From Eledone cirrhosa (Eukaryota): 64,000 bases of DNA. This document shows, piece after piece, positions 1 through 11,039 of this stretch. The translations under genes were made by a program, and so were the position numbers. Position 1 is the first letter of the stretch. Every line of letters starts with the position of its first letter. The notes under the pieces were generated by a model, which saw only the letters and a program-made list of their open reading frames with translations, searched no databases and was not told where the DNA came from. Where the stretch lies: the NCBI GenBank assembly GCA_964016885.1, contig OZ024741.1, positions 247,194,001 to 247,258,000 on the forward strand. Direction: 5' to 3'.

Positions 1-363
1 CCCCCTGATTTTTTTTTACAAATTATCTCCCCCTGATTTTTGTTTACAAATTATCTCCGCCTGATTTTTTTAAAAAAATTATCTCCCCTTGGACGGCTGG
101 AAATTATCTCCCCTTGGACGGCTAGAAATTACCTCCTTGGACGGCTGAAAATTATCTCCCCTTGGACGGCTGGAAATTATCTCCCCTTGATTTTTTTACA
201 AATTATCTCCCCCTGATTTTTTTTTACAAATTATCTCCCCCTGATTTTTTTTTACAAATTATCTACCCCTGATTTTTTTTTACAAATTATCTCCTCCTGA
301 TTTTTTTTACAAATTATCTCCCCTGATTTTTTTTTACAAATTATCTCCCCCTGATTTTTTTAC

Positions 364-390
364 AAATTATCTCCCCCTGATTTTTTTTAC
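364..390 (+). repeat. Representative type B monomer, AAATTATCTCCCCCTGATTTTTTTTAC (27 bp; T tract usually 7-10)
   Basis: Read directly. Occurs in runs of ~1-10 copies, with recurrent variants TCTACCCCTG, TCTCCGCCTG and TTTTTGTTTAC. Confidence 0.98.
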
Positions 391-441
391 AAATTATCTC
401 CGCCTGATTTTTTTAAATATTATCTCTCCTTGGCTGGCGGG

Positions 442-466
442 AAATTATCTCCCCTTGGACGGCTGG
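442..466 (+). repeat. Representative type A monomer, AAATTATCTCCCCTTGGACGGCTGG (25 bp)
   Basis: Read directly. Occurs in runs of ~2-18 copies, with recurrent variants GGAAGGATGG, GGCTAG, GGCTGAAA, GGCTGGCTGG, GGCTGGCGGG and GGAGGGCTGG. Confidence 0.98.
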
Positions 467-3400
467 AAATTATCTCCCCTTGGAAGGATGGAAATTATCT
501 CCCCTTGGACGGCTGGAAATTATCTACCCCTGATTTTTTTTACAAATTATCTCCCCCTGATTTTTTTACAAATTATCTCCCCCTGATTTTTTTTACAAAT
601 TATCTCCGCCTGATTTTTTTAAATGTTATCTCTCCTTGGCTGGCGGGAAATTATCTCCCCTTGGACGGCTGGAAATTATCTCCCCTTGGAAGGATGGAAA
701 TTATCTCCCCTTGGACGGCTGGAAATTATCTACCCCTGATTTTTTTTACAAATTATCTCCCCCTGATTTTTTTTACAAATTATCTCCCCCTGATTTTTTT
801 TACAAATTATCTACCCCTGATTTTTTTACAAATTATCTCCCCTTGGCTGGCTGGAAATTATCTCCCCTTGGACGGCTAGAAATTACCTCTCCTTGGACGG
901 CTGAAAATTATCTCCCCTTGGACGGCTGGAAATTATCTCCCCTTGATTTTTTTACAAATTATCTCCCCCTGATTTTTTTTTTACAAATTATCTCCCCCTG
1001 ATTTTTTTTTACAAATTATCTACCCCTGATTTTTTTTACAAATTATCTCCCCTTGATTTTTTTTACAAATTATCTCCCCCTGATTTTTTTTTACAAATTA
1101 TCTCCCCCTGATTTTTTTTTACAAATTATCTCCCCCTGATTTTTGTTTACAAATTATCTCCGCCTGATTTTTTTAAAAAAATTATCTCCCCTTGGACGGC
1201 TGGAAATTATCTCCCCTTGGACGGCTAGAAATTACCTCTCCTTGGACGGCTGAAAATTATCTCCCCTTGGACGGCTGGAAATTATCTCCCCTTGATTTTT
1301 TTACAAATTATCTCCCCCTGATTTTTTTTTTACAAATTATCTCCCCCTGATTTTTTTTTACAAATTATCTACCCCTGATTTTTTTTTACAAATTATCTCG
1401 CCCTGATTTTTTTTTACAAATTATCTCCCCCTGATTTTTTTTTACAAATTATCTCCCCCTGATTTTTTTACAAATTATCTCCCCCTGATTTTTTTTACAA
1501 ATTATCTCCGCCTGATTTTTTTAAATATTATCTCTCCTTGGCTGGCGGGAAATTATCTCCCCTTGGACGGCTGGAAATTATCTCCCCTTGGAAGGATGGA
1601 AATTATCTCCCCTTGGACGGCTGGAAATTATCTCCCCTTGGAAGGATGGAAATTATCTCCCCTTGGACGGCTGGAAATTATCTACCCCTGATTTTTTTTA
1701 CAAATTATCTCCCCCTGATTTTTTTACAAATTATCTCCCCCTGATTTTTTTAAATGTTATCTCTCCTTGGCTGGCGGGAAATTATCTCCCCTTGGACGGC
1801 TGGAAATTATCTCCCCTTGGAAGGATGGAAATTATCTCCCCTTGGACGGCTGAAAATTATCTACCCCTGATTTTTTTTACAAATTATCTCCCCCTGATTT
1901 TTTTTACAAATTATCTCCCCCTGATTTTTTTTACAAATTATCTACCCCTGATTTTTTTTACAAATTATCTCCCCCTGAATTTTTTTACAAATTATCTCCC
2001 CCTGATTTTTTTTTACAAATTATCTCCCCCTGATTTTTTTTTTACAAATTATCTCCCCCTGATTTTTTTACAAATTATCTCCCCCTGATTTTTTTTACAA
2101 TCTCCGCCTGATTTTTTAAAAAATTATCTTCCCTTGGCTGGCGGGAAATTATCTCCCCTTGGACGGCTGGAAATTATCTCCCCTTGGAAGGATGGAAATT
2201 ATCTCCCCTTGGACGGCTGGAAATTATCTCCCCTTGCACGGCTGGAAATTATAGCCCCTTGGAGGGCTGGAAATTATCTCCCCTTGATATTTTTTACAAA
2301 TTATCTCCCCCTGATTTTTTTTTCAAATTATCTCCCCCTGATTTTTTTTACAAATTATCTCCCCCCTGATTTTTTTACAAATTATCTCCCCTTGGCTGGC
2401 TGGAAATTATCTCCCCTTGGAGGCTGGAACTTATCTCCCCTTGGACGGCTAGAAATTACCTCTCCTTGGACGGCTGGAAAATATGTCTCCTTGGACGGCT
2501 GGATATTATCTCCCCTTGGACGGCTGGAAATTATCTCCCCTTGGACGGCTGGAAATTATCTCCCCTTGGATGGCTAGATATTACCTCCCCTTGGACGGCT
2601 GGAAATTATCTCCCCTTGATTTTTTTTACAAATTATCTCCCCCTGATTTTTTTTTACAAATTATCTCCCCCTGATTTTTTTTTAAAAATTATCTCCCCCT
2701 GATTTTTGTTTACAAATTATCTCCGCCTGATTTTTTTTCAAAAATTATCTCCCCTTGGACGGCTGGAAATTATCTCCCCTTGGACGGCTAGAAATTACCT
2801 CTCCTTGGACGGCTGAAAATTATCTCCCCTTGGACGGCTGGAAATTATCTCCCCTTGATTTTTTTACAAATTATCTCCCCCTGATTTTTTTTTTACAAAT
2901 TATCTCCCCCTGATTTTTTTTTACAAATTATCTACCCCTGATTTTTTTTACAAATTATCTCCCCCTGATTTTTTTTACAAATTATCTCCCCCTGATTTTT
3001 TTTTACAAATTATCTCCCCCTGATTTTTTTACAAATTATCTCCCCCTGATTTTTTTTACAAATTATCTCCGCCTGATTTTTTTAAATATTATCTCTCCTT
3101 GGCTGGCGGGAAATTATCTCCCCTTGGACGGCTGGAAATTATCTCCCCTTGGAAGGATGGAAATTATCTCCCCTTGGACGGCTGGAAATTATCTACCCCT
3201 GATTTTTTTTACAAATTATCTCCCCCTGATTTTTTTACAAATTATCTCCCCCTGATTTTTTTTACAAATTATCTCCGCCTGATTTTTTTAAATGTTATCT
3301 CTCCTTGGCTGGCGGGAAATTATCTCCCCTTGGACGGCTGGAAATTATCTCCCCTTGGAAGGATGGAAATTATCTCCCCTTGGACGGCTGGAAATTATCT

Positions 3401-6400
3401 ACCCCTGATTTTTTTTACAAATTATCTCCCCCTGATTTTTTTTACAAATTATCTCCCCCTGATTTTTTTTACAAATTATCTACCCCTGATTTTTTTTACA
3501 AATTATCTCCCCCTGATTTTTTTTACAAATTATCTCCCCCTGATTTTTTTTTTACAAATTATCTCCCCCTGATTTTTTTTACAAATTATCTCCCCCTGAT
3601 TTTTTTTACAAATTATCTCCGCCTGATTTTTTTAAATGTTATCTCTCCTTGGCTGGCGGGAAATTATCTCCCCTTGGACGGCTGGAAATTATCTCCCCTT
3701 GGAAGGATGGAAATTATCTCCCCTTGGACGGCTGGAAATTATCTACCCCTGATTTTTTTTACAAATTATCTCCCCCTGATTTTTTTTACAAATTATCTCC
3801 CCCTGATTTTTTTTTACAAATTATCTACCCCTGATTTTTGTTTACAAATTATCTCCGCCTGATTTTTAAAAAAAAATTATCTCCCCTTGGACGGCTGGAA
3901 ATTATCTCCCCTTGGACGGCTAGAAATTACCTCCTTGGACGGCTGAAAATTATCTCCCCTTGGACGGCTGGAAATTATCTCCCCTTGATTTTTTTACAAA
4001 TTATCTCCCCCTGATTTTTTTTTACAAATTATCTCCCCCTGATTTTTTTTTACAAATTATCTACCCCTGATTTTTTTTACAAATTATCTCCCCCTGATTT
4101 TTTTTACAAATTATCTCCCCTGATTTTTTTTTACAAATTATCTCCCCCTGATTTTTTTACAAATTATCTCCCCCTGATTTTTTTTACAAATTATCTCCGC
4201 CTGATTTTTTTAAATATTATCTCTCCTTGGCTGGCGGGAAATTATCTCCCCTTGGACGGCTGGAAATTATCTCCCCTTGGAAGGATGGAAATTATCTCCC
4301 CTTGGACGGCTGGAAATTATCTACCCCTGATTTTTTTTACAAATTATCTCCCCCTGATTTTTTTACAAATTATCTCCCCCTGATTTTTTTTACAAATTAT
4401 CTCCGCCTGATTTTTTTAAATGTTATCTCTCCTTGGCTGGCGGGAAATTATCTCCCCTTGGACGGCTGGAAATTATCTCCCCTTGGAAGGATTGAAATTA
4501 TCTCCCCTTGGACGGCTGGAAATTATCTACCCCTGATTTTTTTTACAAATTATCTCCCCCTGATTTTTTTTACAAATTATCTCCCCCTGATTTTTTTTTA
4601 CAAATTATCTACCCCTGATTTTTTTACAAATTATCTCCCCTTGGCTGGCTGGAAATTATCTCCCCTTGGACGGCTAGAAATTACCTGTCCTTGGACGGCT
4701 GAAAATTATCTCCCCTTGGACGGCTGGAAATTATCTCCCCTTGATTTTTTTACAAATTATCTCCCCCTGATTTTTTTTTTACAAATTATCTCCCCCTGAT
4801 TTTTTTTTACAAATTATCTACCCCTGATTTTTTTTTACAAATTATCTCCCCTTGATTTTTTTTACAAATTATCTCCCCCTGATTTTTTTTTACAAATTAT
4901 CTCCCCCTGATTTTTTTTTACAAATTATCTCCCCCTGATTTTTGTTTACAAATTATCTCCGCCTGATTTTTTTAAAAAAATTATCTCCCCTTGGACGGCT
5001 GGAAATTATCTCCCCTTGGACGGCTAGAAATTACCTCTCCTTGGACGGCTGAAAATTATCTCCCCTTGGACGGCTGGAAATTATCTCCCCTTGATTTTTT
5101 TACAAATTATCTCCCCCTGATTATTTTTTTACAAATTATCTCCCCCTGATTTTTTTTTACAAATTATCTACCCCTGATTTTTTTTTACAAATTATCTCCC
5201 CCTGATTTTTTTTACGAATTATCTCCCCCTGATTTTTTTTTACAAATTATCTCCCCCTGATTTTTTTAAATGTTATCTCTCCTTGGCTGGCGGGAAATTA
5301 TCTCCCCTTGGACGGCTGGAAATTATCTCCCCTTGGAAGGATGGAAATTATCTCCCCTTGGACGGCTGAAAATTATCTACCCCTGATTTTTTTTACAAAT
5401 TATCTCCCCCTGATTTTTTTACAAATTATCTCCGCCTGATTTTTTTAAATGTTATCTCTCCTTGGCTGGCGGGAAATTATCTCCCCTTGGACGGCTGGAA
5501 ATTATCTCCCCTTGGAAGGATGGAAATTATCTCCCCTTGGACGGCTGAAAATTATCTACCCCTGATTTTTTTTACAAATTATCTCCCCCTGATTTTTTTT
5601 ACAAATTATCTCCCCCTGATTTTTTTTACAAATTATCTACCCCTGATTTTTTTTACAAATTATCTCCCCCTGATTTTTTTTACAAATTATCTCCCCCTGA
5701 TTTTTATTTACAAATTATCTCCCCCTGATTTTTTTTTTACAAATTATCTCCCCCTGATTTTTTTACAAATTATCTCCCCCTGATTTTTTTTACAATCTCC
5801 GCCTGATTTTTTAAAAAATTATCTTCCCTTGGCTGGCGGGAAATTATCTCCCCTTGGACGGCTGGAAATTATCTCCCCTTGGAAGGATGGAAATTATCTC
5901 CCCTTGGACGGCTGGAAATTATCTCCCCTTGCACGGCTGGAAATTATAGCCCCTTGGAGGGCTGGAAATTATCTCCCCTTGATATTTTTTACAAATTATC
6001 TCCCCCTGATTTTTTTTTCAAATTATCTCCCCCTGATTTTTTTTACAAATTATCTCCCCCCTGATTTTTTTACAAATTATCTCCCCTTGGCTGGCTGGAA
6101 ATTATCTCCCCTTGGAGGCTGGAACTTATCTCCCCTTGGACGGCTAGAAATTACCTCTCCTTGGACGGCTGGAAAATATGTCTCCTTGGACGGCTGGATA
6201 TTATCTCCCCTTGGACGGCTGGAAATTATCTCCCCTTGGACGGCTGGAAATTATCTCCCCTTGGATGGCTAGATATTACCTCTCCTTGGACGGCTGAAAA
6301 TTATCTCCCCTTGGACGGCTGGAAATTATCTCCCCTTGATTTTTTTACAAATTATCTCCCCCTGATTTTTTTTTACAAATTATCTCCCCCTGATTTTTTT

Positions 6401-9400
6401 TTACAAATTATCTACCCCTGATTTTTTTTTACAAATTATCTCCCCCTGATTTTTTTTACAAATTATCTCCCCCTGATTTTTTTTTACAAATTATCTCCCC
6501 CTGATTTTTTTACAAATTATCTCCCCCTGATTTTTTTTACAAATTATCTCCGCCTGATTTTTTTAAATATTATCTCTCCTTGGCTGGCGGGAAATTATCT
6601 CCCCTTGGACGGCTGGAAATTATCTCCCCTTGGAAGGATGGAAATTATCTCCCCTTGGACGGCTGGAAATTATCTACCCCTGATTTTTTTTATAAATTAT
6701 CTCCCCCTGATTTTTTTACAAATTATCTTCCCCTGATTTTTTTACAAATTATCTCCGCCTGAATTTTTTAAATGTTATCTCTCCTTGGCTGGCGGGAAAT
6801 TATCTCCCCTTGGACGGCTGGAAATTATCTCCCCTTGGAAGGATGGAAATTATCTCCCCTTGGAGGGCTGAAAATTATCTACCCCTGATTTTTTTTACAA
6901 ATTATCTCCCCCTGATTTTTTTTACAAATTATCTCCCCCTGATTTTTTTTACAAATTATCTACCCCTGATTTTTTTTACAAATTATCTCCCCCTGATTTT
7001 TTTTACAAATTATCTCCCCCTGATTTTTTTTTTACAAATTATCTCCCCCTGATTTTTTTACAAATTATCTCCCCCTGATTTTTTTTTTACAAATTATCTC
7101 CCCCTGATTTTTTTACAAATTATCTCCCCTTGGCTGGCTGGAAATTATCTCCCCTTGGAGGCAGGAACTTATCTCCCCTTGGACGGCTAGAAATTACCTC
7201 TCCTTGGACGGCTGGAAAATATGTCTCCTTGGACGGCTGGATATTATCTCCCCTTGGACGGCTGGAAATTATCTCCCCTTGGACGGCTGGAAATTATCTC
7301 CCCTTGGATGGCTAGATATTACCTCCCCTTGGACGGATGGAAATTATCTCCCCTTGATTTTTTTTACAAATTATCTCCCCCTGATTTTTTTTTACAAATT
7401 ATCTCCCCCTGATTTTTTTTTACAAATTATCTCCCCCTGATTTTTGTTTACAAATTATCTCCGCCTGATTTTTAAAAAAAAATTATCTCCCCTTGGACGG
7501 CTGGAAATTATCTCCCCTTGGACGGCTGGAAATTATCTCCCCTTGATTTTTTTTACAAATTATCTCCCCCTGATTTTTTTTTACAAATTATCTCCCCCTG
7601 ATTTTTTTTTACAAATTATCTCCCCCTGATTTTTTTTTACAAATTATCTCCCCCTGATTTTTTTTACAAATTATCTCCCCCCTGATTTTTTAACAAATTA
7701 TCTCCCCTTGGCTGGCTGGAAATTATCTCCCCTTGGAGGCTGGAACTTATCTCCCCTTGGACGGCTAGAAATTACCTCTCCTTGGACGGCTGGAAAATAT
7801 GTCTCCTTGGACGGCTGGATATTATCTCCCCTTGGACGGCTGGAAATTATCTCCCCTTGGACGGCTGGAAATTATCTCCCCTTGGATGGCTAGATATTAC
7901 CTCCCCTTGGACGGCTGGAAATTATCTCCCTTTGATTTTTTTTACAAATTATCTCCCCCTGATTTTTTTTTACAAATTATCTCCCCCTGATTTTTTTTTA
8001 CAAATTATCTCCCCCTGATTTTTGTTTACAAATTATCTCCGCCTGATTTTTTTTTAAAAATTATCTCCCCTTGGACGGCTGGAAATTATCTCCCCTTGGA
8101 CGGCTAGAAATTACCTCTCCTTGGACGGCTGAAAATTATCTCCCCTTGGACGGCTGGAAATTATCTCCCCTTGATTTTTTTACAAATTATCTCCTCCTGA
8201 TTTTTTTTTTACAAATTATCTCCCCCTGATTTTTTTTTACAAATTATCTACCCCTGATTTTTTTTTACAAATTATCTCCCCCTGATTTTTTTTACAAATT
8301 ATCTCCCCCTGATTTTTTTTTACAAATTATCTCCCCCTGATTTTTTTACAAATTATCTCCCCCTGATTTTTTTTACAAATTATCTCCGCCTGATTTTTTT
8401 AAATATTATCTCTCCTTGGCTGGCGGGAAATTATCTCCCCTTGGACGGCTGGAAATTATCTCCCCTTGGAAGGATGGAAATTATCTCCCCTTGGACGGCT
8501 AGAAATTATCTCTCTTTGGACGGCTGGAAATTATCACCCCTTGAGTTTTTTACAAATTATCTCCCCCTGATTTTTTTTACAAATCTCCCAGTGATTTTTA
8601 AAAAAAAATTATCTCCCCTTCGCTGGCTGGAAATTATCTCCCCTTGGACGCTGGAAATTATAGCCCCTTGGAGGGCTTGAAATTATCTTCCCTTGGACGG
8701 CTGGAAATTATCTCCCCTTGATTTTTTTTTACAAATTATCTCCCCCTGATTTTTTTTTACAAATTATCTCCCCCTGATTTTTTTTTACAACTTATCTGCG
8801 CCTGATTTTTTAAAAAAAATTATCTCCCCTTGGACGGCTGGAAATTATCTCCCCTTGGACGGCTGGAAATTATCTCTCCTTGGACGGCTAGAATTTACCT
8901 CTCCTTGGACGGCTGAAAATTATCTCCCCTTGGACGGCTGGAAATTATCTCCCCTTGATTTTTTTTACAAATTAATTATCTCCCCCGGATTTTTTTTTAC
9001 GAATTATCTCCCCCTGATTTTTTTTTACAAATTATCTCCCCCTGATTTTTTTTTACAAATTATCTCCCCCTGATTTTTTTACAAATTATCTCCCCTTGGC
9101 TGGCTGGAAATTATCTCCCCTAGGAGGCTGGAACTTATCTCCCCTTGGACGGCTAGAAATTACCTCTCTTTGGACGGCTGGAAAATATGTCTCCTTGGAC
9201 GGCTGGATATTATCTCCCCTTGGACGGCTGGAAATTATCTCCCCTTGGACGGCTGGAAATTATCTCCCCTTGGATGGCTAGATATTACCTCCCCTTGGAC
9301 GGCTGGAAATTATCTCCCCTTGATTTTTTTTACAAATTATCTCCCCCTGATTTTTTTTTACAAATTATCTCCCCCTGATTTTTTTTTACAAATTATCTCC

Positions 9401-11039
9401 CCCTGATTTTTTTACAAATTATCTCCCCCTGATTTTTTTTACAATCTCCGCCTGATTTTTTTAAAAATTATCTTCTCTTGGCTGGCTGGAAATTATCTCC
9501 CCTTGGACACTGGAAATTATAGCCACTTGGAGGGCTGGAAATTATCTTCCCTTGGACGGCTGGAAATTATCACCCCTTGATTTTTTTTACAAATTATCTC
9601 CGCCTGATTTTTTTTACAAATTATCTCCCCCTGATTTTTTTTTACAAATTATCTAACCCTGATTTTTTTTTACAAATTATCTCCCCCTGATTTTTTTTAC
9701 AAATTATCTCCCCCTGATTTCTCTTTTACAAATTATCTCCCCCTGATTTTTTTACAAATTATCTCCCCCTGATTTTTTTTACAAATTATCTCCGCCTGAT
9801 TTTTTTAAATATTATCTTCCCTTGGCTGGCGGGAAATTATCTCCCCTTGGACGGCTGGAAATTATCTACCCTTGATTTTCTTTTTACAAATTATCTTCCA
9901 CTGATTTTTTTTACAAATTATCTCCACCTGATTTTTTAAAAAATTATCTCCCCTTGGAAGGCTGGAAATTATCTCCCCTTGGCTGGAAATTATCTCCCCT
10001 TGGACGGCTAGAAATTATCTCTCTTTGGACGGCTGGAAATTATCACCCCTTGAGCTTTTTACAAATTATCTCCCCCTGATTTTTTTTACAAATCTCCCTG
10101 TGATTTTTAAAAAAAAATTATCTCCCCTTCGCTGGCTGGAAATTATCTCCCCTTGGACGCTGGAAATTATAGCCCCTTGGAGGGCTGGAAATTATCTTCC
10201 CTTGGACGGCTGGAAATTATCTCCCCTTGATTTTTTTTACAAATTATCTCCCCCTGATTTTTTTTACAAATTATCTCCCCCTGATTTTTTTTACAACTTA
10301 TCTGCGCCTGATTTTTTTTAAAAAATTATCTCCCCTTGGACGGCTGGAAATTATCTCCCCTTGGACGGCTGGAAATTATCTCTCCTTGGACGGCTAGAAT
10401 TTACCTCTCCTTGGACGGCTGAAAATTATCTCCCCTTGGACGGCTGGAAATTATCTCCCCTTGATTTTTTTTACAAATTATCTCCCCCTGATTTTTTTTT
10501 ACAAATTATCTCCCCCTGATTTTTTTTTACAAATTATCTCCCCCTGATTTTTTTTTACAAATTATCTACCCCTGATTTTTTTTTACAAATTATCTCCCCT
10601 TGGCTGGCTGGAAATTATCTCCCCTTGGAGGCTGGAACTTATCTCCCCTTGGACGGCTAGAAATTACCTCTCCTTGGACGGCTGGAAAATATGTCTCCTT
10701 GGACGGCTGGATATTATCTCCCCTTGGACGGCTGGAAATTATCTCCCCTTGGACGGCTGAAAATTATCTCCCCTTGATTTTTTTTACAAATTATCTCCCC
10801 CTGATTTTTTTTTACAAATTATCTCCCCCTGATTTTTGTTTACAAATTATCTCCGCCTGATTTTTTAAAAAAATTATCTCCCCTTGGACGGCTGGAAATT
10901 ATCTCCCCCAGGACGGATAGAAATTACCTCTCCTTGGACGGCTGAAAATTATCTCCCCTTTGACGGCTGGAAATTATCTCCCCTTGATTTTTTTACAAAT
11001 TATCTCCCCCTGATTTTTTTTTTACAAATTATCTCCCCC

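Larger units (their letters stand above)
1..7100. repeat. Left domain with an imperfect ~3.7-3.8-kb higher-order period
   Basis: Marker TTGCACGGCTGGAAATTATAGCCCC at 2234 and 5929 (offset 3,695). The 2-bp-deleted ACCTCCTTGG lies at 131 and 3929 (3,798). Matching ORF translations at 430/4227 and 2134/5829. Boundaries are approximate. Confidence 0.85.

Noticed and set aside
364-390. T tracts as intrinsic or Pol III terminators
   Set aside because: There is no preceding GC hairpin and no identifiable transcription unit. The tracts are part of monomer B.
433-440. Chi-like octamer GCTGGCGG at B-to-A junctions
   Set aside because: It is a 7/8 match to E. coli Chi (GCTGGTGG), but RecBCD Chi is not relevant to a probable eukaryotic satellite and the match is a simple variant of the A tail.
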